NCBI RefSeq assembly: GCF_001194135.2
Contig: NC_068999.1
Coordinates: 40,859,930 to 40,912,066 of the forward strand
DNA length: 52,137 nucleotides
Source: Octopus bimaculoides
Taxonomy: Eukaryota
Direction of reading: 5' to 3'
Part shown: positions 41,570-52,137 of the stretch, piece by piece
Layout: the number at the start of each line of letters is the position of its first letter
Position numbering within the stretch: the stretch's first letter is position 1
Position numbers and translations under genes: made by a program
The notes under the pieces: generated by a model
Seen by the model: only the letters and a program-made list of their open reading frames with translations
Database searches by the model: none
Told to the model about the DNA's origin: nothing

Positions 41570-41640
41570 CATCGACTAACTCCTCCTCCCACCAAATTTT
41601 AGGCCTTGTGCCTACAGTAGGAAAAAAAAGATTATTATGA
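41570..41640 (+). mobile_element. SINE family A, 3' tail fragment
   Basis: atcgactaactcctcctcccaccaaattttaggccttgtgcctacagtag...gattatt. Confidence 0.75.
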
Positions 41641-42594
41641 GCAGTAACAGCAGTATAATCCCATAGGATTTCTTCACTTTTCCCCAGTTATACTGTATGT
41701 ATGTATTCTCCGCTGAGATCACACCTTCTGCTTCTTTGCAGTAAAAACAATCTAGTCTTTTGCCATTCTTATCGCTTCTTTCTAATGTCTATTCGTGGTC
41801 CTGGAGGAAATGAAAATACATATTACAATATTCACACACACACACACACACAAACACATTTGTATATAAATACTCTTACATAGAAAATCTGCGGCGTACC
41901 GCAATCGGTTGTTTCTAAACCAGTGAAGGGTGACGTGTTCAAATAAAGAGAAGTGTATAATTGGACATATCGTGTTAAGGTAGGCTAATTCACTGATCTG
42001 GCGCCTGTGTGAAGTGCGTCTCAGATCTGAAACAAACTGAACATTACTAACAGAACCAACACTAAACAAATTACCACGTTTGTTCTTGATCGTCGTTTAT
42101 TTAACCTAATATATTCTTAATGTAATGTGTTTAGCTCGATCACATTTCATTGTAATTCCTAGTCTATGAGCGAATGTATGGACACATAAATGTGTGTGAT
42201 TTTTGTCTGGGATTGTGTCTATGTTGATTCACTGCAGAATATAGATACAGATAAATATTTTTTCCTCTGCAATCCATAAATGTATACATATTTCTCTCAT
42301 CTCAACAAAATATTCGCTTACTGCGTTATCACTTCCTAAGTCGCTTTTATACTCATTCTCTCTCTCTCTCTCTCTCTCTCCTGACACTCAGACACACACA
42401 TTACGCATACACGTCTGCCACCTCATCCTGTCCCCCTCTCTCCCTCCCTCTCTCTCGCAATATGAGAACTTGAGTGCGCAAAATATATATGCATACCCAT
42501 ACATATGTATGCATATATATATATATATATATCGTTTATTGTTTATCGTCAAAAAAGACCAGACTAATCAATACTATAGATGAATATGTAAAAG

Positions 42595-42790
42595 TACGTG
42601 GCGTAGTGGTTAGGGTGTCGGGCTAACGATCATAAATTCTTGGCTTCGAGTCCTGGCCCAGACGGCGTCTTGTACTCTTGACTAAGGCATTTCTTGCTGT
42701 ATTGTCCAATCTATTCAGATGAAAATGCGTTGCGAACTGATGATGGTGGGCCTCGATTATGAGGGGTGATGCGATGTCTATGTTCCCTCG
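42595..42790 (+). mobile_element. SINE family B head with Pol III A and B boxes
   Basis: A-box TGGCGTAGTGG 42599-42609, B-box-like GCTTCGAGTCC 42643-42653; no tRNA cloverleaf completion. Confidence 0.75.
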
Positions 42791-42864
42791 CAAGCAAAAA
42801 AACAATTAACAAAATGATGGTACATACTACCCTGATATACTCGCTCGCACCTGACGACGAAATT

Positions 42865-42928
<64 letters not shown>

Positions 42929-42939
42929 AAGTTAAACGT

Positions 42940-43060
42940 TATGGTCGGTCGAAACCATTGGTTTCGCACCTATAAAGTGCTGAGCAGCATAGGTGACTCG
43001 TCAGACTAGACTAAGTGCTTTATAGGTACGAGACCGATGGTCACTCTATGACTGACCACA
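42940..43060 (-). other. Imperfect 120-nt hairpin containing a hammerhead catalytic core
   Basis: Arms accatcggtctcgtacctataaagcact and agcactttataggtgcgaaaccaatggt are near-complementary; minus strand reads CTGACGA-G(T)CACCTAT...ATAGGTGC-GAAA-CCAATGGT; helix I is not formed. Confidence 0.45.
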
Positions 43061-43069
43061 ACATTTAGC

Positions 43070-43265
43070 GTCCATGTTTGTCCCCCCAACATCGCTTGAT
43101 AGCTAATGCTGGTATGTTTATGTCCACTGTCACCTGGTGGTTCGCAAAAGAAACCGATAGAATAAGTACTAAGCACGCAGAGAATAATTCCTGGGGTCGA
43201 ATTCTTCGACTGAGACCCTTTACGGCTGTGCTCCAGCATGACAGCTTTCAAAATGACTGAAACGG
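43070..43265 (+). mobile_element. SINE family C, 3' part
   Basis: tttgtccccccaacatcgcttga...gcaaaagaaaccgatagaataagtact...cctggggtcga...gtgctccagcatg...aatgactgaaac. Confidence 0.88.
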
Positions 43266-44418
43266 CGGAGAAAATATATATGTATATATAGAATAAATGT
43301 ATAAAAAAAGAAACAGGAAGACGAGGTAAAAAAATAAATGGGTGTATTAGGATTGCCGCCTTGGAAAGAAGGAAGTCTTTAACGTTTCCAGCATACGCTT
43401 TTCTACGGAAAGGGGAGTTAAGAAGAGAAAAATGGAGAGAAAAGAACAAAGCTATCTCCATTATACATTCACCGCATGCTGTGTTAGTGTGCGCGTGTGT
43501 ACTAAGTACATTTATCTCATAGAAAAAGAGAATTCAATAGGTTTGTAGAGCAACAATTTTATTGTGAGTAATGAATAGTGAAATATTTCGCATAAAATTG
43601 AGTTTAATTTGAGGCTAGCAAAGACAGGCATTCCCAGCCAGGAAACAGCTACAGATCAATGTGAAATGGAAATTTACAATAGTCCCAATAATAAGTATAG
43701 TCTTGTATATTATACGTTATTGAGAGAATTGTAATTAGGTGTGGACGCGTATGTATGTATTTGAATGCATCTCTGTATGTATGTATGTATGTGTGTGTGT
43801 ATGTATGTATGCATGTATACGTACATAGATGTGAACATGTGCATCTTTATATGTGTATAGAACTAGGTATACATATATATTTAATAGACATTTACATATG
43901 CGTGTGTGCGCTCTTGTATATATACATACAAACACACAAACACACATATATATATACATATATATGGATCTTTATATATGTTTGTATGTGTACGTAAGTA
44001 TGTGTGTATCTATATGTTTATAAAGCTATGCCTATTTGTATACACTTACACATACGTATNNNNNNNNNNNNNNNNNNNNNNNNNNNNNNNNNNNNNNNNN
44101 NNNNNNNNNNNNNNNNNNNNNNNNNNNNNNNNNNNNNNNNNNNNNNNNNNNNNNNNNNNNNNNNNNNNNNNNNNNNNNNNNNNNNNNNNNNNNNNNNNNN
44201 NNNNNNNNNNNNNNNNNNNNNNNNNNNNNNNNNNNNNNNNNNNNNNNNNNNNNNNNNNNNNNNNNNNNNNNNNNNNNNNNNNNNNNNNNNNNNNNNNNNN
44301 NNNNNNNNNNNNNNNNNNNNNNNNNNNNNNNNNNNNNNNNNNNNNNNNNNNNNNNNNNNNNNNNNNNNNNNNNNNNNNNNNNNNNNNNNNNNNNNNNNNN
44401 NNNNNNNNNNNNNNNNNN

Positions 44419-44546
44419 ATATATATGTATATATATGTATATATATACATATATAGCTATACATAAATATATATAGATGTGTATATATATATGTATATAT
44501 ATGTATATATATACATATATAGCTATACATAAATATATATAGATGT
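44419..44546. repeat. 64-bp AT-rich tandem repeat (2 copies) beside a gap
   Basis: Unit atatatatgtatatatatgtatatatatacatatatagctatacataaatatatatagatgtgt occurs twice. Confidence 0.85.
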
Positions 44547-44758
44547 GTATATATATATATATATATATATTATTGAAATATAAATAGTGGAAAATCCGAT
44601 TGTGCAATAGACATTACTTCTCAATTTATGTAACACATTCCATTTTATTGGATGCCAAATTATTCTCAAAGCATCAGAAGCTGCAGAACTCTATCTGACG
44701 CCAATCTAATTCGATATAATTGCAAAGACAATGATAACACACAGAGGGAAAAAAATGT

Positions 44759-44809
<51 letters not shown>

Positions 44810-44819
44810 NNNNNNNNNN

Positions 44820-44868
<49 letters not shown>

Positions 44869-45569
44869 GAGGTAGGTTTTTTACTCTTTGATGTTTATGA
44901 AAAGCAAAAGCAGAAGCGAAGTTGCCAACCCACATTCCAAAATGTCGTACAATAATCATATAAAAGAAAACGTATCATTAATTCAATGATAGGCAGGAGG
45001 GTAAAAATAAAAACACAGAACCATAATTGTTAACCATGATTCTATGATGAAGAAGAAGAAGAAGAAGGATGGAGGAGGAGAATATAGACACTGTTGTTGT
45101 GCTGTTGTTTTTGTCGTTGTTGATGCCGTTGTTTAAACCAAATTCCTGCCTTATTGAGATGATCTGCCGCCATAGGAATTAAAACCGTGATTGCACCTTC
45201 CAGTAGTACCATATTTCCCTAACTGTCCTGTCTTCCAACAGAACTAGGTTACTATTTGAGTGAGGAATGACTGTTTTGATGCCACTGTTTCTGTGAGCCA
45301 ACGAGGGATCTCTTACATGACAGGCTGATCAGCTGATTATAGCAATCAGAGAGGTCAGAGCCACTTAAAAGATTAGTATAAATCAGTTAAACCCCTTTAA
45401 GTTCGGAGTTCTTATTAAAAGAAGTCGATGTAGTCGTTTGTAATTCTAAGTCGAGAGAATAAGTTTCGACCACGGTTCGCTGCCTCAATTCCTGGAGGTA
45501 AACCAAAGACTTCGCAATATCGTCTAATTTTGGTGCGATTTTCACCTTTTTCCCCTTTTTCTTCTTTGG

Positions 45570-45706
45570 GTGTGTGGTAAGAAGCTTGCTCTACAAACAC
45601 ATGCTTCCGGGTTCAGTCCCACAGTCTGGAATTTTCTACTATTGTGACGGGGCGACCAAACACTCATTAGTGGATTCGGTAGACGGAAACTGAAAAAAGC
45701 CCGTCG

Positions 45707-45754
<48 letters not shown>

Positions 45755-45950
45755 ATTTAGACTGTTTGTCTCCCACATTAATGCTTGACAACCAGTGCTA
45801 GTATGTTTACGTCCCCCTAACTTAGTGGTTTGACAAAAGTACCAGGCTAAAAACAAATAAGTACTCTTGTTCGATTCGTTCGACTAAAAATTCAAGGCGG
45901 TGCCCCACAATGGCTGCAGTCTAATGACTGAAACGAGTAAAGGATAAAAA
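45570..45950 (+). mobile_element. SINE family C, full length with internal (TG)n
   Basis: gtgtggtaagaagcttgct...ccgggttcagtcccac...ggtagacggaaactgaaaaaagcccgtcg-(ta)(tg)n-...aaggcggtgcccca...tgactgaaacgagtaaa. Confidence 0.92.
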
Positions 45951-46061
45951 AATGCTAATCTGGTATCTTTTTCGTCTCCTCAAGCCTAATTATATTTTTC
46001 CTAGTGAGAACAAGTTTTTTTAAAAAAAACGGTAAACTGTGAATGAAACATTGGTTCAAAT

Positions 46062-46231
46062 TTTGGTACAAGGCCTGCAATTCGATGGGGGCGCGGGTAA
46101 ATCGATTACATCGACCCCAGCACTAGACTGCTACTTATTTTTTCGAGGAATGAAAGGCAAAGTCGACGATATTTGAATTCAGAACGTAAAGACGGACGAA
46201 ATGGCGCTAACCATTTCCCCCAGCTCGCCTT
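46062..46231 (-). mobile_element. SINE family A
   Basis: ggtacaaggcctgcaa...atcgattacatcgaccccagcac...tgaaaggcaaagtcgac...cagaacgtaaagacggacgaaat...cagctcgcctt. Confidence 0.85.
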
Positions 46232-46455
46232 CTATTCTATAAGTGAAATATTGAATACATTATTATTGTTGCTATTCTGAGTTGGTAGTAGATATTCTAC
46301 TACTTGACGATGTCTATGAGAAATAGTGGCGTAAGTAGTAACCATACAGATCTCTAATGAACTGTATAGTTTTTCACAGTGCACTGATTAACTAATACAA
46401 ATTGCCTCCAGTAAGTAATTATACAATGTCTAAATGTTTGTTTGAGTGATAACTG

Positions 46456-46494
<39 letters not shown>

Positions 46495-48653
46495 AATATT
46501 TCTCAAAAATTGTTGCACACGATCAATTATTTAATCGCCATAGAGTAAACTTTTCCTGTTCAACCACCAGAAATTTCGATGAAATTATTGCAGAACATAA
46601 TAAATGTAAAATTAGACAGCACCTCAACTCAAAGTTAAGAAACATGATTAGAACCGCTAGCTTAAATCGTGTGATAAACTCCAATGATAATTTCCCTGAA
46701 CTAGTTTTTGAAGTATTAAGTGATAGTACCTTTAAGATAACACCTAGTAATAATATTGATATTATACTGATAATTATCTTGGTTCAAGACCTAATTCTGA
46801 GAGTAGAATTAGTAATAAGCTTTTTAACCATGAGCACTAGAAACGAGTCAATCACTAGAAACGCTAGGAAAGTGGCCAGAGTGCCAAGTGGGTAGCAGTC
46901 CTAAAATGTTTGGGAACCACTGTTATAGAGTATAATATTGTGTTTCCATAAAGCTTAACTAATATCTTCTGCAATAACTATCGTGATATCCAAAAATAAG
47001 GGTTACTGTAGAAGTCATAAGAAAGTATTGCTGACAGAGAAGAACACCAACATCTGACATTGGAATGAATTTCGGCAAAATAGTAGTCTATCAATAGAAA
47101 TAATAATCTAAATGATAAAAAGTACAATATAATTATATCTAACAATAATTGATATTTCAACGTATTTATAAAATAAGGAAAGCCTTCAAATTGTGTAAAT
47201 ATTGATCTCTGGCTTGCTAATTGCGTCTAATTGTTATTAATTTGGTTAATTGGGCTAAATAATTACATAAATACCATTTATAATGAATGTGCAAAGAAGG
47301 AAAATATCTGATAGTCTGCAAAAGCCCGGAAGATTTGGATTTTCTTAGATTTATATAAATCTGAATGCCATTATAGATTTGTTTCATCAGGAGAACTTAC
47401 CGGAAGTCATCCTACATAAACCAAAATGGCAATTCGTTATTATCTGTTATAAATACTTTACAGCTTAACGGTCGGGGCTATTTCCTACATATTTCTCACA
47501 AAAACACACTGTTACTAGAGGGATAATTGATTGACCCCATAATTTCTCCACATCAATGTTATGGTGCGATACATTTCAAAACCTGTCTGTTCTTAAAACC
47601 TCGTTGTTTTCTTGAGGTAGGAGGGAAGAAACTTTTTTTGCATTGTTAAATCTAATGTTTCAGAATCCTTGAGATTTTATTTGCTGACTCTGTTTTGCTT
47701 AATCTCTTAATATATTTTACGTTTAGGTAGTATTAGGAATACAGAGACACTCACTGATGATAGTCTTGGCCTTTATAACGGTTATTTCATGTGAGGGTTC
47801 GTCCAATAAAATCCTTTGCATAGATAAAGGGGTTATTTAAAGTCTCAGACGATAGTGTTTTGTAAAATGGTAAGGAAAAAGCATTATTGCTCATTTGTTT
47901 ATGAGGGAATTAAACCATGGAATTTTTGAGGTTAAGGGAGGGATGAGGTTAATATCGATATTGAGAGAGAGTTGAGAAAATGGTCGGCCAGGAAGGGGAA
48001 ATGGCGTGAGAAAATCAGTGTTTTGGAGTACGTGGTGAATGATAAGGAGGTAGAATAAATGAATAGAAGAAAACAATCAGTGCCTGAGGTCACAGAGAGA
48101 GGGAGAGATAGATAGGGAAAGAAAGAGAGTACACTAGAAATTATTCCGACGCCCTTTTCTCCAATTTTTCGTTTAGTGAAATATGGAACGTCTAATTTTG
48201 TTTATCAGAATTTCTGAAGAACTTAAAGTATCATTGGCAAGCTGCAATATCATGTTTGATTACTTTCTTTAAAGGAAGTCGTCAGACTTAAAATGAAAAT
48301 TCTGCATTACCTAATTACATTTTTTCTATTTTATCTGTTTTTCGTTTTGACATAAATAAAAGAAAAGGTAGATAAATATTATAGCTAAACTTAATGAAAA
48401 ATGGGTTTGCATGCAATATTTTTTAGCACAATTTAAAGTAAAGGAATGCAATTGATGTGAAGGAAGAAATAAATTCTATGAAGAAATAAGGAAAATAAAC
48501 AACAGTATTTTGTGTGTAGTGGGTGTGGGGTGGAGTATTTTTTTTTTATCAAATTTCAGTTAGGAATTCAGATTGCCACAGAAATATATAATTAGAAGAA
48601 ACCCTTATGTTTTAAACTATTTTGCGCAAATTTTTTGAAACAACTTGGTCTCG

Positions 48654-48706
<53 letters not shown>

Positions 48707-49590
48707 ATGCACACGCATGCGTGCGTAAATTAGAGAATTAAATGCCCAAAACGACATAGTTTCAGCAGCATGTATGCTTCAAATGTCATACACGGATATA
48801 TATGAGGTAGTGAACCTGATTTTCTTCAGGTGTTATATATACAAGTTTAGCAAATGAGTTCATTTCGTGGGTTAAATCTCAGTTATAGCATAACAACTTC
48901 TTGTCAGTTCTGGGAAAAGGGAAGCAGCGATGGAGCTGAGATCTTCACGAAGAGCTCTTGAAAACATTTACTGAGAATGGAGCAGAAAATATACAAAATA
49001 CTTAGAAAAGCTGATATAGAGCTGCTGGAAAATATGTAACGCAAAATGCTAACGCAGTCCTGTCTAGTCAAACAAATGCGACACTGTGATGGTACTCCAT
49101 TAGTTTCAAACACCAGACAAATATTCCACAAATAATGCGTAGCCATTTCTAAATAAATAACAAGTTACTTAATTAAGCTAGACTATTAATACACAAGAAA
49201 ATTATGGGTTGTTTATGAATGGAATGCCATTAATGATGGGTCTATATGAACCGGATTGAAACGTTAGGGGATGTCATTGAGGAGGATGCGTTCACAGTAC
49301 AGCTATGATAAAAACAATAATATAGTAAAAAATGTATGTTAGACCTCTCAGGCTTTATAATATATTTGATTAGGAAAATATAATGTTCAAATTAAGAGAC
49401 CATGAATAAAAATGGCGGTAATCATGGTAACAAAAGAATTACGTGTATCTACGTAGATAAATTTCTAAGTGAGGATGTAAAATATTAATGTTACTTCTCT
49501 CGTTTTCTTCCACACTACCGTTATGTAAATGTATATAAAAATAAATCACTTTCATTCGATTGTCTGAGTTGATCTATTATTATTATTATT

Positions 49591-49740
49591 GGAATCGTTA
49601 GCGGCGTTACGTTCGTCCTTACATTCTGAGTTCAAATACTGCCGAAGTCGACTCTGACTTTCGTTTCATTCAGGACGATGAAATCGACTTAACCACGTCC
49701 CCGAAATAGCATTATGCTTTTAGTAGAAAGGATTATCATT
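49591..49740 (+). mobile_element. SINE family A, internally deleted
   Basis: gaatcgttagc...cgtccttacattctgagttcaaatactgccgaagtcgact...tagtagaaaggattat. Confidence 0.75.
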
Positions 49741-49929
49741 ATTGATGATAATAACAATAATAATGCTGATAATTTTTAGTCAAAATTTCACGTCTGAACA
49801 AATTACTTAGGAAATATTCAAAGGATTGAAAGCATGCTTACATCCACTTTGGTATCCCCCACTGAGGATGGTATTAAAATATATCACATGCTTATTTAAA
49901 TTAACCTAAAATTCATATGTATGTGTATG

Positions 49930-49996
<67 letters not shown>

Positions 49997-50209
49997 TGAT
50001 GTATGAATGGATGTGTGTATAGATAGATAGATATCCGAGTTTGTATCATTGTGTATAGAAGAATAAATTAATCAATGAAATTCCAACTTAGTCTGGTTTT
50101 CGCATTTTATTATTTAAAATGTTTACAATATTGAAATAAAAGCGAACTTCCATGCGTTACGCAGTCGTCCGGTTTGCGTAGTAACAGTCGTGTTCCACAC
50201 GTGACAACA

Positions 50210-50255
<46 letters not shown>

Positions 50256-50992
50256 GCACATACACACACGGATGTATGTGCGTATGTACATAATATATAT
50301 ATTTGTGTAAGTATTTGCATAGAATAGATATTCATGTAAGTATGTATATATATATATATGTGTGCGTATGTATAGACAAATATACACTCGTAAACGGAAA
50401 ACTTTGGTTGCTTTTTTCTGGTTCTTCAACGTATCATAAAATTTTAACGCCTTTATCGATATTTACAAAACGTTATCCTTCCATTGTTACTTTATTTATT
50501 TATGGCTATAACGACAAACTTTACTCATCTCACAATACTTGTTATCATTTCCACACACACGTGTATACGCATACACGTGTGTGTGTGTGTGTGTGTGCAT
50601 AAAAGCTTGGAGATTTTTTGATTTCCTAGCAACTTATTTCTAGTACGTATTCGGTTTTTTCTCTATGAATATATCAGTTTTATATCAATTCGAATTTCGA
50701 GACTTCAATGTGTTAATGTTTTCAATGCAATATAGTAAAAGCGATGATATATAGAGAGATAGAGACATTTGTTTCTTTCTGTATATTGAACTCTATTACT
50801 AAAGTTATTAAAGAACAAAGAAAGATGATTGTGAGTACGAAGTATCGATTTGCTCGCCTTCGACAAACAGTTACAATAGAACGAAGTGGAACAAGATGAA
50901 ACTTCGAAGTTATTGTCAATTTTGTAAAGATTGCGTAAACTATCTAAGAAATTTACAAAAACTTATTGAGAAATACTTCAAGTTAACGTTGA

Positions 50993-51030
<38 letters not shown>

Positions 51031-51601
51031 TAATTGCAGAATAAAACCGTTAGGTCATCGACTCGAAAAGCCGTAGCCCACCAATGACCACATATAAGAA
51101 GTACAACATAGACCACAAAAAACAAATTAGTAAAGGGAGGTCAAAATTTTTATACATAAGAATAAAAATAGATTAAAAATACAATAGAATAATATAAATA
51201 AATAAATAAACAGCGATTAAAAATTGATTAAAAATATTAGAGACTGGTACCAATACAGTAGAATAAAAGTATATATATATAGAAAAAATATAGAGAAAAA
51301 TAATAATACATAGGGAGGCGTAGCGCAACAGTTCATTCGCTGAGGCTAATAGCCAACAAAAGAAGTTCAAGATAAATAGTACGAAAGTTCAACTACCTCC
51401 CTCATGACAGCAAATTTAGTAGGTAAAATCCAATTTGATAAACAGGAATACCGAAGCGCACGGGACAAAGCAACAACAGAACATCCAATGTGTGGCAAAG
51501 TAAAATCCATATTACAACATTCCGCAGGTAACATCAGTAAAGTCAAACCATAAACATCATTTACAGTGGATTACAAGTATAGGTGGAACACAAACACAGA
51601 A

Positions 51602-51669
51602 CACCTATGGCCATTTCGTGGGTATATCACAATAGAGCACGAATTCGTGATAACCACTTCTTCAGGGTA
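51602..51669 (-). ncRNA. Candidate type I hammerhead ribozyme with palindromic helix III
   Basis: Minus strand: helix I TACC/GGTG, core CTGAAGA (51665-51659) plus an extra A, helix II GTGG/CCAC and TATCAC/GTGATA, GAAA (51617-51614), palindrome ATGGCCAT (51614-51607), AUA triplet with A17 at 51606. Confidence 0.65.
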
Positions 51670-51985
51670 AAAAAAGACACACAGACATCAACGAAGTCAC
51701 CATTTCTCTTTATTATAGGCACAAAGGCCTCATTTACAAAGAAGGGGGACATTAAAAGGACAGACAACACAAAACATGGGGTAATATAGATCGAATTATC
51801 TTAGCTATCGTTTTTTTTCCGTTTCTACACCCTTATTGTAGAAAAGTATTGTTCTAATATTTTTAAAATCTACCTTTCCGATTATCCTTCCTTCTGCCTT
51901 CGCCTTTTCCTTCTGTGCCCTCAACACAGTCCACCAATTTAGTGTCTTGTCAACTGTTTTTCCAGCTTTGTATCTTGGGTTTCAA

Positions 51986-52058
51986 TCTTAGTTACGTTCT
52001 GTTCCTCGCTATAATTTCCGTCTTTCTTAGTTACGTTCTGTTCCTCGCTATCATTTCC
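51986..52058. repeat. 39-bp-period tandem duplication
   Basis: tcttagttacgttctgttcctcgctat(a/c)atttcc at 51986 and 52025. Confidence 0.9.
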
Positions 52059-52137
52059 ATCATCTTTTTTTTCTTTCCCCTTTTCTTTCTTTTTGGGGAC
52101 TTTGGCGGCGATTCAGTCCGCATACGCTTTTTTCTCC

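Larger units (their letters stand above)
3314..44819. other. 13 assembly gaps (N runs)
   Basis: N runs at 3314-3504, 9203-9212, 10321-10330, 11874-12104, 14254-14583, 16256-16350, 19347-19514, 28844-28853, 29401-29626, 32818-32958, 40800-40809, 44060-44418, 44810-44819. Five are 10-N placeholders inside microsatellites. Confidence 0.99.
1..52137. repeat. Window-wide dense microsatellites: (TA)n, (TG/CA)n, (GA/CT)n, (TATG)n, (AAT)n, (TAG)n, (GAT)n, often compound
   Basis: Directly visible, e.g. (TAG)n 98-136, (TA)n 1904-1964, (TA)n 7614-7663, (CT)n 10280-10368, (TG)n 24151-24195, (TTA)n 32603-32644, (CACT)n 38048-38103, (TG)n 48657-48705. Confidence 0.98.

Noticed and set aside
42595-42670. 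tRNA gene (A and B boxes), also at 28183, 12928 and 45570
   Set aside because: No acceptor stem or cloverleaf; the sequence runs on into SINE bodies repeated elsewhere in the window
44419-44546. 64-bp tandem unit as a functional minisatellite
   Set aside because: Pure AT-rich microsatellite mosaic abutting a 359-N gap; a collapsed repeat or artefact is likely
46909-46922. hAT/Charlie-like terminus (tttgggaaccactg)
   Set aside because: No matching opposite TIR or 8-bp target duplication found nearby
916-51789. The ~130 ORFs of the supplied track as genes
   Set aside because: Most translate microsatellites (YIYI, HTHT, VCVC, ERER), N-gaps or SINE/mariner pieces; none gives a recognisable cellular protein
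1-52137. CRISPR array, operons or other prokaryotic systems
   Set aside because: No regularly spaced direct repeats with unique spacers and no gene-dense coding; the DNA is eukaryotic

Overview
This is AT-rich eukaryotic non-coding DNA from a gapped short-read assembly, with 13 N-gaps and dense (TA)n, (TG)n, (GA)n and (AAT)n microsatellites. The repeats match my recollection of octopus tRNA-derived SINE consensus sequences, so an Octopus genome is likely; this is an inference, not a database result. I cannot support any protein-coding gene with confidence. Nearly all ORFs in the supplied track are microsatellite, gap or repeat artefacts, and only a few weak GT-AG exon candidates exist. The supportable content is about 17 copies or fragments of three SINE families, a CR1/L2-type LINE 3' fragment, an RTE-type reverse transcriptase relic, a fold-back mariner made of two inverted 5' halves, a piggyBac-like MITE and a TA-flanked hairpin MITE. 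The most interesting signal is a set of hammerhead-ribozyme-like motifs. Two are type I 'minimal' motifs with a full catalytic core and a perfect 8-nt palindromic helix III (7444-7488 +, 51602-51669 -). One core sits inside a 120-nt rod-like hairpin (42940-43060), and one is a decayed relic (16804-16838). This architecture is known from Penelope-like retroelements, but no Penelope ORF is recognisable here.
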